A stretch of 64,000 nt of DNA from Dehalococcoidia bacterium (GTDB lineage Bacteria; Chloroflexota; Dehalococcoidia; Plut-88900): positions 800,001 to 864,000 of the forward strand of contig CBDBLV010000004.1 in the NCBI GenBank assembly GCA_965207225.1, given 5' to 3'. A program made the position numbers and the translations under genes. Of the stretch, positions 48,148-59,177 are shown piece after piece (the stretch's first letter is position 1; each line of letters opens with the position of its first letter). The notes under the pieces were generated by a model, which was not told the origin of the DNA, searched no databases, and saw only the letters and a program-made list of their open reading frames with translations.

Positions 48148-49003
48148 GGCGTGTCGTCAAATTCGTGAGATGGTGTTAGCCTAGGCGCGTAAAGTTATAC
48201 AGCCCGAGGGGAAATGTGTCCACCATGACAAGAGCGCCCGCCCACCGCCGCCACGATATATCCGACAGAGTCTGGAACATCCTCGATCCGCTGCTGCCTG
48301 GGCGCAAAGGCAGCTTGGGACGTCCTGCCCAAGACAACCGCCGCTTCATCAACGCGGTGTTCTGGATAATCCGCACAGGCGCGCCTTGGAGAGACCTTCC
48401 GCCTGACTACGGCGACTGGAAGAATACCCACCGTCGCTACAGCCGTTGGCGGGATAGAGGTGTGTGGGAGGAGATACTGGATGCGCTGATGGACGAACCA
48501 GACTTTGAATGGCTGATGATTGACGCCAGTTATGTGAAAGTCCACGCACACGGCACAGGAGCGGAGGGTGGCAGTGAGGCTATCGGTCGCACAAAGGGGG
48601 TTGAACAGCAAGTTGCGCTTGGCGGTGGACGCACACGGTCTGCCAGTAAGGATGCTGGTCACTGCGGGTACGGTGGCGGACAGCAGCGAGGCGTTGGCGT
48701 TGATAGAGGGCATAGAAGCGGAACATCTGCTGGCGGACAAAGGATATGACAGCAATGCTATCGTGGAGGGAGCGTTGGAGCGTGGGATGAATCCTGTGAT
48801 ACCGCCCCGTAGGAACCGGCGTGAGCAGAGAGGATATGACCGTTATCTGTACCGGTTGCGGCATTTGGTGGAGAATGGGTTCTGTGAGTTCAAGGGATGG
48901 CGAGGGATAGCGACCCGGTATGCGAAGAAGGTGTCATCATATTTGGCAAACTGCCAGATTAGGGCAATACTCATATGGGCTAAAATCATTTGACGACACA
49001 CCC
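48147..49003 (+). mobile_element. IS5-family (IS427-like) element with a two-ORF transposase (48216-48749, 48568-48993)
   Basis: IR GGGCGTGTCGTCAAAT / ATTTGACGACACACCC, TA flanks; RTGAPWRDLP, MIDAS, ADKGYD and RHLVEN..WRGIATRYAK. Confidence 0.92.
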
Positions 49004-49601
49004 TAACAGCGTCGTCTCCTAAGTTGCGGACCGCTTTCGGTACGCTCTGCTCGTAGAGGCGACGCGCCACTTCGGGGGAGCGGAAGCCCAGGCCGCGCCC
49101 CCGAAGTCCGCGCGTCTGAAACAGGCGTCGCGTCTGCGGGGATAGATTATTCCACCCGCCAGTCGAGTTAGTGATGACTCCGCTCACCGGACGCGCCGCC
49201 ATCCCACTTGCGACGGAGCCAGTGTCCGAACCGGCCCCGTCGTTGATGCCGTTCACGACTTCCAATTCGGTTTCAGGCCATGCGTAGATCTTCTGGGCGA
49301 CAACGCTAGCGCCCTTAGATATCGTCTTGTCGCAGTAGCCGCACCGGACGTCATCTCGAGTCTTTTCCCGGGATGTGTACCAGTGATTGAGCCTCCGGGT
49401 GTAGCAGGCGCGGGATCTAAGTCCTTGCTTGCGTGTCTTCGCTTTGCACTCGGCGCACTCGATACAGGAATTCTCGTATTTGCGTCGCAGGAAGTCATCA
49501 GGCATCGCTGGAGGCATTTGCGATAGGCATCGGGATCCCACAGAGATCATGTGACTGCACTCCGTACAGCGGATGTCTTCCTCTGCGATTACTTGCCACA
49601 T
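49004..49601 (-). pseudogene. Cys-rich (CxxC) hypothetical protein truncated by the IS5
   Basis: CTEC, CIECAEC and CGYC motifs; the frame runs into the IS end at 49003. Confidence 0.6.
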
Positions 49602-49676
49602 GTCTGTTCCTTGTCAGAATCGGAATGTACGAATCATACCATATTCGGATGTGATGTAGGAGTCCCCACCTAGACG

Positions 49677-50360
49677 GTAACCGTCCCATAAGCAGTTGTT
49701 GAAGAAAAGAGTTGGGGAACCTGATAGGGTGTTGACACTCAACAAACAACTCCCGGAGGTTCCCCAGCCGATGCCAAGGGTACGACTCACGCTCCCACAG
49801 ATCAAGACCCGACCGGATTGTCGACCGAAGAAATGTCCACACTGCGGCTGCGGAGTCCTGCGCAAACACAGCGAGATCCCAAAGGCCCATCCAGAACTTC
49901 AGATTCCTGTGTACGGACTGCGGACGCGTGTTCAGACACTACCCCAAAGGTGTGGACAGACACACTCAGAGCAGGAGGCTTAGGGCGTTCGCCGCGCTGA
50001 GCTGGGCGTTGGGACTGCCGCTGAGGTCCGCAACCCACATCCTTGCCGCCCTCGGATGCGGCGTGTCGAGGATGAGTGTGTGGCGAGCCGTCCAGGAAGC
50101 GGGGGCGAACGCGCTAGCGGGTTTGCGCCGCGCCGCGCCCGGCAGCGTTCGAGTGATGGAAGCGGATGAGACGTATGTGAATCTCAAGGGGGAGAAGATC
50201 GTGGTCGGCGTGGTGGTGGACGCCGAGAGCGGTCGGTTTGTGGGGATGGACGTTCTTTCCAATCAGGATACGGCGGCGTTTCTGGAGTGGCTGGAAGGGT
50301 ACGCGCGCGAGTTCGGCGTCCAGACGCTGGTGACCGACGATCTTGCGACGTACAAGGTGG
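49677..50360 (+). mobile_element. Truncated, frameshifted third copy of the unclassified IS
   Basis: Left end GTAACCGTCCCATAAG; MPRVRLTLPQIK..CPHCGC, EADETY and LVTDDLATY. Confidence 0.8.
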
Positions 50361-50559
50361 TAAAAGTCCCTCAACCACTGTTCAGTCATCTCGTGGAGTC
50401 TCTCACCTATGCCGCTCGACGGCCTCGACCAATGTACAAAGTCGAGGCCAGACAGCAGTGAATAAAGACTGATGCCAACTAGAATCATGAGTCATTCGAG
50501 GCTTGGGAATCAGTGATTCCCCGCACCTCGGCATGGAGGGCTTGTCCACAATGGACCGA

Positions 50560-51978
50560 TCACTTGATGCGATTGTGATAGTGGTTCCAAAAAGTCTCGC
50601 GTAGCAAAGGGTCGCTCGTCTGTAGACGTACTACTGACTGTGTACTTTTTTCCTTAAGTACCAAGTACTTGGATCTAGGCTGAACGAGTTCGTACTCAAG
50701 GGTGTTCGTAAAGATGCGGTGTAGTAGATCTGTCACCTGGTCTGTGGAGGTGGCCACCATCGCTCCGACAGCTACGCCCGTATCAAAATTAATCAGACGG
50801 GACAGAGGATGTACATCGCGGAAGAAATCACTTCTGAATTCCTCGTTCGCGAAAATGATGACGGGCTTCCCTAGACTCAGCGCCATGGCAGCCTCAGCAT
50901 CCTTGCCGTAGCTATCACGACTACCAGCATTAAGAATGAGAGCCTTTGCACACTTCACCATCAGACACTCGACTATCCCCTTGTCCTCGTGGTGCTCTGC
51001 GGCACTAAGCGTGGGGTCAAAATACCGGAGCTTCAACGATTGCAATTCGTAATCGTCAAACACCTTTTCACAAAACTCTGCCATGTCGCGGAAGTCGTCC
51101 CGGGTACGCATTGAGGTTGCTATATATACATCCAAGTCGCCTACCATTGACAAGTACATATGGGTATTCGAAAGGGCTGCTCTCCGGGCGCGGGTGAATT
51201 CTTGAGCGACGCGGCGAATCTTCTCAACTAGGCCGTCTTCATCTTCTAGGACCTCTTCCATAAAGTCATCCGCCGAGAGTTGCAATTGCGGCTGAAGATG
51301 TGCGTATTGTGTTTTTGCATAGTCGCCAGTTAGTAGCTGTCTAGCGGTCAATGGAACCCCACCATCGGTGCGGTGTTTTCGGAATAGGTCGATCATGACC
51401 TGCTCTATCTGGTTAGCGTCTCCTTTTCCCTCGACAAGCTCGAACGACTTGCAAGCCATCTCAGATATCAGATAGCGATTGTCTTTGGCGATCTGTGAGA
51501 GCAGAAGAGCTTCACCACGTTCTTTCAGCCCAGTAATTCGGCTGGAGTCGAAGAAGGCATGCAGGTCAGTCTCGGACAGTTGACGGAGCCTTTGATAGGC
51601 GGTCCTGATGCTCCCGAAGTACAGCAGGGCGTCCACGTAAAACCTATACAAACCCCAGTAGAGCTGGTCGATAGACTGAATGTTCTTCGATCCAGGCCAA
51701 CGTTCGTCGAAGCAGGGAACGCGGCAGACATCGTAGGGATGCTCCGGAGCGCTAAGCCAATAGTAAGTGAACAGCGGTTGTGATACTGGTGCTTCATGAG
51801 CCAAAGTCAGCAGCTGATTAAGCCGCGCCCTGCTGAGCGGGTGCGTTTCGAGATCCGCTAGTGCATTGAAGACCTCGTCGGGCGTCTCTGGCCGCAGCCA
51901 ACTGTCGAGGCCACCAGTTCCACCTTGAAATAGCTGAAACTGCTCAAGGATTTGTTCCTTTTTCACTGTCGTCGACAT
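50560..51978 (-). CDS. Hypothetical protein with C-terminal nucleoside 2-deoxyribosyltransferase-like domain
   Basis: DVYIATSM..YFDP..DSYGKDAEAAMALSLGKPVIIF resembles the NDT signature (G-x3-E-x3-A-x3-GKPV). Confidence 0.65.
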   Translation of the reverse strand: MSTTVKKEQILEQFQLFQGGTGGLDSWLRPETPDEVFNALADLETHPLSRARLNQLLTLAHEAPVSQPLFTYYWLSAPEHPYDVCRVPCFDERWPGSKNIQSIDQLYWGLYRFYVDALLYFGSIRTAYQRLRQLSETDLHAFFDSSRITGLKERGEALLLSQIAKDNRYLISEMACKSFELVEGKGDANQIEQVMIDLFRKHRTDGGVPLTARQLLTGDYAKTQYAHLQPQLQLSADDFMEEVLEDEDGLVEKIRRVAQEFTRARRAALSNTHMYLSMVGDLDVYIATSMRTRDDFRDMAEFCEKVFDDYELQSLKLRYFDPTLSAAEHHEDKGIVECLMVKCAKALILNAGSRDSYGKDAEAAMALSLGKPVIIFANEEFRSDFFRDVHPLSRLINFDTGVAVGAMVATSTDQVTDLLHRIFTNTLEYELVQPRSKYLVLKEKSTQSVVRLQTSDPLLRETFWNHYHNRIK

Positions 51979-52340
51979 CAGGCAGTCATTTCCCCTTCTC
52001 AGTTTCCACGCGTACTCTCGCGGGAGCACATCCAATATATGTATCTATGTAGGCTCGTGCATAGTCTCACATAGGGTTCAGTGATTCTTCGTGATCTCGC
52101 GAGGGTTGCCCACAAGCGGAAATCAGTGTCTCCCGCGAGCTTCGGTTGGTTTCTCAGTCACCAAGCTAAGGAGGATGATACCCTAGTCTGGAGACTTTGG
52201 AAAGCTCAGTGAGAGCGGGATTTCAGTTTGAACTTGGGGCGCTGACTAGGCACTCATAGAATGCCGACCCTTATTGTTACCAGCCGTCGAGCCTTCTATG
52301 GCTGAAAGAACTCATAACCTCCCTTGACACCTCGGATTCA

Positions 52341-55300
52341 TCAGGGCTGGCTGAATGCCCAGTCCTTAGACAGAACTTCGGCTTGCTCCAAGACGGTCTG
52401 TGTCGCTTTCTCCTGCTTGTCCGGCGGGTAGCCGTGTTTGCGGAGGATGCGGCGAACCAGCCTCCGCAGATTGGCGCGGACGTTCTCCCGCAGCGTCCAG
52501 TCGATGGTGACATTGTTCCGGACCGTTTCGACGAGCTGGCGGGCGATGTCTCGGAGAGCATCGTCGCCGAGCTTCTGTACGGCGCTGTCGTTCGTTCCCA
52601 GCGCGTCATAGAAGGCCAGTTCGTCTTCCGACAGTCCCAGTCGTTCGCCCCGCGCGTGGGCCTCTCGCATCTCCTTTGCGAGAGCGATCAACTCCTCGAT
52701 TACCTGAGCCGCCTCTATCGTGCGGTTTTGATAGCGGCGCAGCGTCTGTTCCAGCATCTCTGCGAAGGAGCGGGCCTGCACCACGTTCTTGCGGCGGCGA
52801 ATGCTCAGCTCGCCCTCGAGCAGCTTCCGGAGCAGTTCGACCGCCACGTTGCGATGCTGCATCCCTCTGACCTCGGCCAGGAATTCGTCCGACAATACCG
52901 AGATGTCCGGCTTGCGCAGACCAGCGGCGTCGAATACGTCCATCACTCCCTCGGCGGCGACGGCCCTGGATATGATCTGTCGCACGGCGAGGTCAATGTC
53001 CTCAGCCAATCGAGCGGCCCTTGGAGCCTGTTTCGACAGCGCGGCGCGTACAGTCTGGAAGAAACCCACGTCATCGCGTATTCGCATGGTCGCCGGGTGT
53101 GGCACGGAGAGCGCGAAGGCTTGCGACAGCTGCCGGACGGCGTTCAGGTAGCGTTCCTTCCCGTCCTCCTGAGCCAGTATGTGTTCTTGAGCTGCGGGCA
53201 GGAGGGACAGGCGTTCCCGATGAGATCCCGTCTTCCAAACACCCCAGTCGAAGCCGTGGAACAGGCGACAGCAGATCTCATGCTTTTCCAGCATCGCGTC
53301 GACCGCCTCTTCCTGGTCCAGCGCCGTACTGCCGCTACCGCCGCTTTCGGTGTACGTCGCCAGAGCCTGTTTCAGGTCTTGCGCCAATCCGAGGTAGTCC
53401 ACCACCAGGCCACCGGGCTTGTCCCCAAACACGCGGTTGACTCGCGCTATCGCCTGCATAAGCCCGTGGCCACGCATTGGCTTGTCAACGTACATGGTGT
53501 GCAGGCTGGGCGCATCAAACCCCGTGAGCCACATATCGCGCACCAGCACGATCTTAAACACGTCGTCCGGGTCACGGAAACGTTGCGCCAGCGCCTCGCG
53601 CCGCGCCTTGTTCCCAATGTGCGGCTGCCAACCCACAGGATCAGACGCCGAGCCGGTCATTACGACCTTGATCTCGCCCTTGCCATCATCGTCGTCATGC
53701 CAGCCGGGACGCAGCCGGACCAGTTCGCGGTACAGCTCGACGCAGATGCGGCGGCTCATGCAGACGACCATCGCCTTGCCTTCCAGCGCCTCCCGGCGGC
53801 TCTCGAAGTGGGCAACGATGTCCTCCGCGATCTGCTTGACCCGCGCGGGCGCGCCGACGACCGCTTCCAGCTGCGCCCACTTGGTCTTGAGTCGCTCCCT
53901 GCGTTCTATCTCCTCGCCCTCGGTCGCTTCCTCGAAGTCGGGGTCTATCTTCGGCCTCTCGCGCTCGTCTAGAGCGAGCTTGGCAAGGCGGCTTTCGTAG
54001 TAGATCGGCACCGTTGCGCCGTCCTCGACGGATCGCCGGATGTCGTAGATGCTGATGTAGTCTCCGAACACGGCGCGGGTGTTGGCGTCCTGGATCTCGA
54101 TGGGCGTGCCGGTGAAGCCAACGAACGATGCGTTGGGCAGCGCGTCTCGCATATGTCGGGCGTATCCGTCGATGAAGTCGTACTGGCTGCGGTGCGCCTC
54201 GTCCGCGATTACGACGATGTTGCGCCGCTCCGACAGCGTGGGGTGCGTATCGCCGCGCTCCTCTGGGAAGAACTTCTGGATGGTGGTGAAGACCACGCCG
54301 CCGGCGTTGACCGATAGCTTGGCGCGCAGGTCGGCGCGGCTCTGCGCCTGCGTCGGCGGCTGGCGCAGCAGATCCTGGCAGCGAGAGAAGGTGCCGAATA
54401 GCTGGTCGTCCAGGTCGTTGCGGTCGGTGAGGACGACGACGGTCGGATTCGCCATCGCCGGATCGCGGATGATGGCACCGGCGTAGAACGCCATCGTGAG
54501 ACTCTTTCCCGAACCCTGCGTGTGCCATACGACCCCGATGCGGCGGTCGCCCGGCTCTCCGCCCGGTCGTCTCGACTCGTACTCGTCGATTCTCGCATCG
54601 CCTACACGCCCAATACGCGCCGCCCTAAGCGTCTCCTCTACGGCTACGCGCACGGCATGGAACTGGTGATAGCCCGCCATCTTCTTGACCGGCGCGCCGC
54701 CCCCATCGTCATCAAACGCGATGAAGTCTCGGATCAGAGAGAGAAAACGGCTCCGCTCAAAGACGCCTTCGAGCATCACCTGGAGCTGGGGGGTATGAGA
54801 GTCTGCCAGCGCCTCGCCGGTGACGGTTCGCCAGGGCTTGAACCACTCCTTGCCCGACGTGAGAGCGCCTACCCGCGCTTCGATGCCGTCCGACACGACC
54901 AGCGCCTCGTTCATGGAAAACAGCGTGGGAAGCTCAGACTTGTAGGTTTGGAGTTGGTTCCATGCCGTCCAGATCGTCGCGTCCTCGTCCGCGGGGTTCT
55001 TCAGTTCGATAATGCCAAGGGGCAGGCCGTTGACGAACAGCACCACGTCCGGCCTTCGGGTGTTTCGGTCCTCGGTGACGGTGAACTGGTTGACGGCGAT
55101 CAGGTCGTTATTGGCGGGGTTGTCGGAGTCGATGACTCGGACCTGGTTGCCTCGTAATCGTCCATCCGCATCCTGGTACTCGACCTCCACGCCGTTGACC
55201 AACATCCTGTGGAATGCCCTGTTGCGAGCTTCTAGGGTTGAACCCTGGGGCCGGGTCAGCTTGCGGTAGGCATCTTCCAGCGCCGACGCAGGCAGCGCAG

Positions 55301-55478
55301 GGTTGAGTGTGGCTACAGCATCCCGCAGCCGACGCTCCAGCACCACTTGGCCGTAATCGGTGCGCTCGTCATTGGAGGTCTCGGGAGCGATGTCGGGGCC
55401 GTGTGCCGTCTGCCAGCCAAGACCCTTCAGCCAGTCAAGGGCAGCCTGCTCGACTTCGGCCTCAGTGATAGTAGTCAT
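52341..55478 (-). CDS. hsdR: Type I restriction endonuclease subunit R
   Basis: [47 protein letters not shown] and QAIARVNR. Confidence 0.96.
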   Translation of the reverse strand: MTTITEAEVEQAALDWLKGLGWQTAHGPDIAPETSNDERTDYGQVVLERRLRDAVATLNPALPASALEDAYRKLTRPQGSTLEARNRAFHRMLVNGVEVEYQDADGRLRGNQVRVIDSDNPANNDLIAVNQFTVTEDRNTRRPDVVLFVNGLPLGIIELKNPADEDATIWTAWNQLQTYKSELPTLFSMNEALVVSDGIEARVGALTSGKEWFKPWRTVTGEALADSHTPQLQVMLEGVFERSRFLSLIRDFIAFDDDGGGAPVKKMAGYHQFHAVRVAVEETLRAARIGRVGDARIDEYESRRPGGEPGDRRIGVVWHTQGSGKSLTMAFYAGAIIRDPAMANPTVVVLTDRNDLDDQLFGTFSRCQDLLRQPPTQAQSRADLRAKLSVNAGGVVFTTIQKFFPEERGDTHPTLSERRNIVVIADEAHRSQYDFIDGYARHMRDALPNASFVGFTGTPIEIQDANTRAVFGDYISIYDIRRSVEDGATVPIYYESRLAKLALDERERPKIDPDFEEATEGEEIERRERLKTKWAQLEAVVGAPARVKQIAEDIVAHFESRREALEGKAMVVCMSRRICVELYRELVRLRPGWHDDDDGKGEIKVVMTGSASDPVGWQPHIGNKARREALAQRFRDPDDVFKIVLVRDMWLTGFDAPSLHTMYVDKPMRGHGLMQAIARVNRVFGDKPGGLVVDYLGLAQDLKQALATYTESGGSGSTALDQEEAVDAMLEKHEICCRLFHGFDWGVWKTGSHRERLSLLPAAQEHILAQEDGKERYLNAVRQLSQAFALSVPHPATMRIRDDVGFFQTVRAALSKQAPRAARLAEDIDLAVRQIISRAVAAEGVMDVFDAAGLRKPDISVLSDEFLAEVRGMQHRNVAVELLRKLLEGELSIRRRKNVVQARSFAEMLEQTLRRYQNRTIEAAQVIEELIALAKEMREAHARGERLGLSEDELAFYDALGTNDSAVQKLGDDALRDIARQLVETVRNNVTIDWTLRENVRANLRRLVRRILRKHGYPPDKQEKATQTVLEQAEVLSKDWAFSQP

Positions 55479-55987
55479 TTCATCCAGTCCACGACGCCAG
55501 CGATTGCCAGGATAACCATAACCGTCAGACCCGCATGAAGCCCAGCGAAGAGGATAGGTATCCACCGTTCGCTCTTCGACACAGCACGATACGCCGGACC
55601 TTGTCCCTCCTCAGCCAATCGCCACTCATGCTTGTACATCGCCACTGGAAGATGTTGCTCGAACTCGTGAATCACCTTGAACTTGACTGTGTTCAGGTCT
55701 GCGTGTGACTTGATGATCAGATACCAGAGCAGGGACACGGGAATCCCTATAATGGGAATCAGCAGCGTCCAGTAGCTCTGGCCGAAGTTTGCGGACTGCA
55801 GCCCATACAGCGCAACCAGCGCGGCGTTAATGGTCAGCAGGTAGCGGTTTGAGGTGACACGCCGTGAGCTAACATTCTCAGCAGATTGAACGTATAGCTT
55901 GTACTGCTCCAGCAGGTCTGCCTTAAACGACTTGCCGTAGGATTCTTCGGTCCTAGGAATCAATGATCCGCACTTCTCGGTACCCAT
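55475..55987 (-). CDS. Small multi-TM membrane protein (resembles the RipA/octameric membrane protein family)
   Basis: [21 protein letters not shown]...LN..KF.VI..E..LP and E.WIP.LF; three hydrophobic helices; coupled to the TIR gene and hsdR. Confidence 0.7.
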   Translation of the reverse strand: MGTEKCGSLIPRTEESYGKSFKADLLEQYKLYVQSAENVSSRRVTSNRYLLTINAALVALYGLQSANFGQSYWTLLIPIIGIPVSLLWYLIIKSHADLNTVKFKVIHEFEQHLPVAMYKHEWRLAEEGQGPAYRAVSKSERWIPILFAGLHAGLTVMVILAIAGVVDWMK

Positions 55988-55989
55988 GC

Positions 55990-56379
55990 CTACCTCGGAC
56001 TAGCGATGAGTTCTTTCAGGGTGGGCCAAGTCCAAGGATGCATCACCTTCTTCTTCGGCGCTGTGTTCGGGCGGGAACATTGCCCTTGCCTGCGGCCCTT
56101 CAGCAAGAAGTAAGGCTTCTTCTCTTCCCGAGTGATGGCAACCTCGCCTGCTACTCCGCTGGCCCTGTGCGTACGCCGTCCGCAGATAACGATGACAAGG
56201 TCGCACCTGCGTATCCGAGACCGAACCTCATCCCGCCATTTTTCGTCGATTCGTCCGTACACAGACTCATCCTTTATGCTGAATGGCGAGTCTGACCTCT
56301 CAGCTTGGGCGACCAAATCGCCCCTCAGGTCCTTGTCGTTGTCGAAGTCAAAGCTGATGAATACGCTCTTGGTGGTCAT
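55990..56379 (-). CDS. TIR-like domain protein (MTH538/DUF1863, ThsB-like)
   Basis: VFISFDFDND, D.S....W...RSRIRRCD.VIVICG.T..GV..EV (putative catalytic Glu) and KPYFLLKGR. Confidence 0.85.
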   Translation of the reverse strand: MTTKSVFISFDFDNDKDLRGDLVAQAERSDSPFSIKDESVYGRIDEKWRDEVRSRIRRCDLVIVICGRRTHRASGVAGEVAITREEKKPYFLLKGRRQGQCSRPNTAPKKKVMHPWTWPTLKELIASPR

Positions 56380-56461
56380 TTGGTATCTCCTCTCAGCGCT
56401 GCCTGTTCAAAATCGGCTTCGTGATGGTGGTCGGAGGTCTGAGCATTGGAAATGAAGAACT

Positions 56462-57502
56462 CTACGGTGTATTGGGTGCATCGAAGTCAATCTCAAGCAT
56501 ATGAAAGCCTTTCTGCTCAAGAAAGTCGGCAACCGCCTGTTGATACTCGGGCATATACTCAATGTCAACGACTCCCGCAAGTTCCGTTGCTGCATTTGTA
56601 AGGAGAATCACAGGCAACGTTATGGTTTGGTCTCCCTGTCGCTGATCAATTGGCGTCAGCGCCCAGCTGCGCCCTTGAAATCCATGTGCCATTGATATCC
56701 ACCGGGGCGACTTATCCAAGCCACCATCGATTACCACATGCTGCAGCTCCGAATCGTATCCTGGGGCTATGAGACCGTGTTCATTTAGCCGATTTAGGGC
56801 AGTGTAACTTAAGCCATATTCCTTTAGAGAGTTATTTGCGGCTCGACCATCCAAGGAAATGACAAATTCATTTCCTGCTCGTTTTGCACCACCTCCCCTT
56901 AGACCAATCTGAGGTGTCATCCTAGCTGAGCACAATCCTCTAAAAAGTCTAGCCGTTGCTCTATCGAGATTCTTGAGGATGCTCATAGTTCTAAATGAAG
57001 TGCTCCCGGGTCTTTCTACTTCACCTGCAAGGATCTTGCCCCAGAGCTGTTGCATCTCTTCAGAAGATACGTCTTGCACATCATTGAAGAATCGCGCTGT
57101 CCAGTCGTGATCAACGTCGTGGTCTTGGACCTCCCTATCTCCAAGCTCCAAGGCGGCCTGCGCAACCACTGATCCGATGTTGGCCTGACGCTTCTCCTCT
57201 CGGAACTGCACTCTTTGCTCTATGAGATCTCCTATTGTCACTTCCCCTTGAAGTGCTGCTTGAGGAGAGATCAGCTTTGATCGCGCCTCCACCTGCGCCG
57301 CGGCAATGATCTGTATGGACGTTGCGCGACCCTGAGTCAGGATTCGCTGTGCCTCTGCTTCCCCTTCCGCAGCTATGGCTCTTACCTCAGCGTCACGTCG
57401 CGCTACCATGCGAGAGAAGAAGAAGCTCGCCGTGCTACCTATTCCACTCGCCGTATAATCGATTAGCTTCTCAATAGCCCGCACATTTACCTTGATATCC
57501 AT
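56462..57502 (-). CDS. DUF2806-family protein
   Basis: EEKRQANI..V..A, VDHDW..RFF..QDVSSEEMQ.LWGKILAGEV..PGS.S.RT..LKNL. Confidence 0.82.
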   Translation of the reverse strand: MDIKVNVRAIEKLIDYTASGIGSTASFFFSRMVARRDAEVRAIAAEGEAEAQRILTQGRATSIQIIAAAQVEARSKLISPQAALQGEVTIGDLIEQRVQFREEKRQANIGSVVAQAALELGDREVQDHDVDHDWTARFFNDVQDVSSEEMQQLWGKILAGEVERPGSTSFRTMSILKNLDRATARLFRGLCSARMTPQIGLRGGGAKRAGNEFVISLDGRAANNSLKEYGLSYTALNRLNEHGLIAPGYDSELQHVVIDGGLDKSPRWISMAHGFQGRSWALTPIDQRQGDQTITLPVILLTNAATELAGVVDIEYMPEYQQAVADFLEQKGFHMLEIDFDAPNTP

Positions 57503-58818
57503 TACGTCACCCGCACTCCCCCCGACACCAACCCCGGCAGCAGTGCATCTCGCTGGGCAGCAAGGACCAGTGACTCTTGGCGGTTGAACTCGATCTGAGC
57601 AAATAGAGGACTGACCAAGGCTTTTAACTCTGCCCATATCTCTGCTGGAGGGTACGGCAACAAGTAAGGGGCCAACGCGTCAACCTGAACTCTCTGCCGT
57701 CCGGACGTCCCCGTCATGCTTTGGATGGCGTGCTCTCGGAATGCGGCGTCACGGGCCAAGAGGTATGTGTATTCAGATGGAACAGGTGGAATCGCCCGCA
57801 TCACAATGAATTCGGTCGAGCCCCAACCCGCCGTACCTGCCGCCAGCGACTGGACAAAGGCCGTCTTGCCGTTTTCCAAGCAGGGAGTAATCCGTGCAAG
57901 GAGCGTATCGCCGTTGCGAAAGCGGGTACCGGATTTGAACTCTCGCAATATGGGAGAGCTTGGACCAGACCCAGACGTTGGGAGGGATGCCATGTCAAGG
58001 TAATGAGCCACGGTTCCCCGCTTCATTGGCTCAGGGGGGTTTAGCTTCACTACCTCCTCCAGTGCTTTTACCTCCCACTCCTCCGGGATCTCCCCCAGCT
58101 CCGAGTCCACCAGCCGGTCCGGGAACAGGTTGTAGAGGTCGGAGGAGAGGCCGGGCAGCGACTCGCCCCGGTGATAGCGGCCCTCTATCTTGGCCCGCAC
58201 AGGGTCGAAGTCTACGAACCAGGACTTGAACAGCGTCCTGGCCATCTCCTCCAGCGTTTCGTTCATCCGCCGGTTCAGCTCGATCTTGTCATCCAGCGTG
58301 CCGAGGATGCGGGCGATGGCGCGCTGTTCGGAGAGGGGTGGGAGTGAGAATATATATCGTGAAACGTGTTCCCAATCGGCTCGAGGCATTCTTGTACCTG
58401 TTGAGCCGGCCATGGCGAAGTCCACGAACTCATGGGATGCCATGCAGTAGTGAAGATAGCCTTGTTCAACTCCCTTCTTTGCGCGAACTACCCAAATGTC
58501 GGTCGAACACAACCCATTTGCAGGTGCACGGACTACCTTTCGAAAGTATGGACGTAGCTTACCGAACAAGGTGTCGCCGCACTTAAATCGCGCCTTTGTA
58601 CTGGTTACATCGGTAGCTGTTCCTTGTCCGACTAGGGATAGGGTGCCTTCTCCTATGTGCTCAAGACCTATGTAAAGAGCATCATCCATTTCAGAAGGGG
58701 ATACAGTATCCCGAATCAACTCCGCGCACTCCTCTAACGTCGCCTTGCGCCATCCGTCCGCCGCCCGGTTCAGAAACTGTGGCGCAATACGTTTGTCTAG
58801 ATCAGCCATTGCTGCCAT
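57502..58818 (-). CDS. hsdS: Type I R-M specificity subunit S
   Basis: Two TRDs and the conserved LPPLSEQRAIARILGTLDDKIELN and QRDALLPGLVSG. Confidence 0.94.
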   Translation of the reverse strand: MAAMADLDKRIAPQFLNRAADGWRKATLEECAELIRDTVSPSEMDDALYIGLEHIGEGTLSLVGQGTATDVTSTKARFKCGDTLFGKLRPYFRKVVRAPANGLCSTDIWVVRAKKGVEQGYLHYCMASHEFVDFAMAGSTGTRMPRADWEHVSRYIFSLPPLSEQRAIARILGTLDDKIELNRRMNETLEEMARTLFKSWFVDFDPVRAKIEGRYHRGESLPGLSSDLYNLFPDRLVDSELGEIPEEWEVKALEEVVKLNPPEPMKRGTVAHYLDMASLPTSGSGPSSPILREFKSGTRFRNGDTLLARITPCLENGKTAFVQSLAAGTAGWGSTEFIVMRAIPPVPSEYTYLLARDAAFREHAIQSMTGTSGRQRVQVDALAPYLLPYPPAEIWAELKALVSPLFAQIEFNRQESLVLAAQRDALLPGLVSGGVRVT

Positions 58819-58820
58819 CT

Positions 58821-59132
58821 CTAAAACTCCACATCGCGGGGTCTCAAAGGTATCCGCTCAAATTCGAAGTCTTCGGAGCCGCCTTTGGGTATTGCCAGCG
58901 GGTGCTCCGCGAAGCTCGGTATGTCTTCCTGTGTGGGGGCGCTGTCTTGGATTAGCTCGGCGGTCGTCTGATGATCGTAGAGACGCGCGTATTCGTCCGC
59001 CGACAGCACGACGACGGCGGATGCGCCATCGCATGATACGCGCTGCGGTTCGCCGGTTAGGGCGGCGTCAACTATGGCGGTAAAGCTATTCTTGGCATCC
59101 TGCAAAGTCCAGTCTGTCACTATATCCTCCAT
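58821..59132 (-). CDS. Phd/YefM-family antitoxin
   Basis: WTLQDAKN.F..VDAA..GEPQ.V..VVVLSADEY. Confidence 0.8.
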   Translation of the reverse strand: MEDIVTDWTLQDAKNSFTAIVDAALTGEPQRVSCDGASAVVVLSADEYARLYDHQTTAELIQDSAPTQEDIPSFAEHPLAIPKGGSEDFEFERIPLRPRDVEF

Positions 59133-59177
59133 CTAGCGCGCTGGCCGGGGCATAGATACTCTATCATGCCCTCTTGG

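Noticed and set aside
52383-53972. 529-aa plus-strand ORF
   Set aside because: Antisense to hsdR.
50560-56379. Canonical Thoeris or retron system
   Set aside because: No SIR2/SLOG/Macro ThsA and no reverse transcriptase is recognisable.
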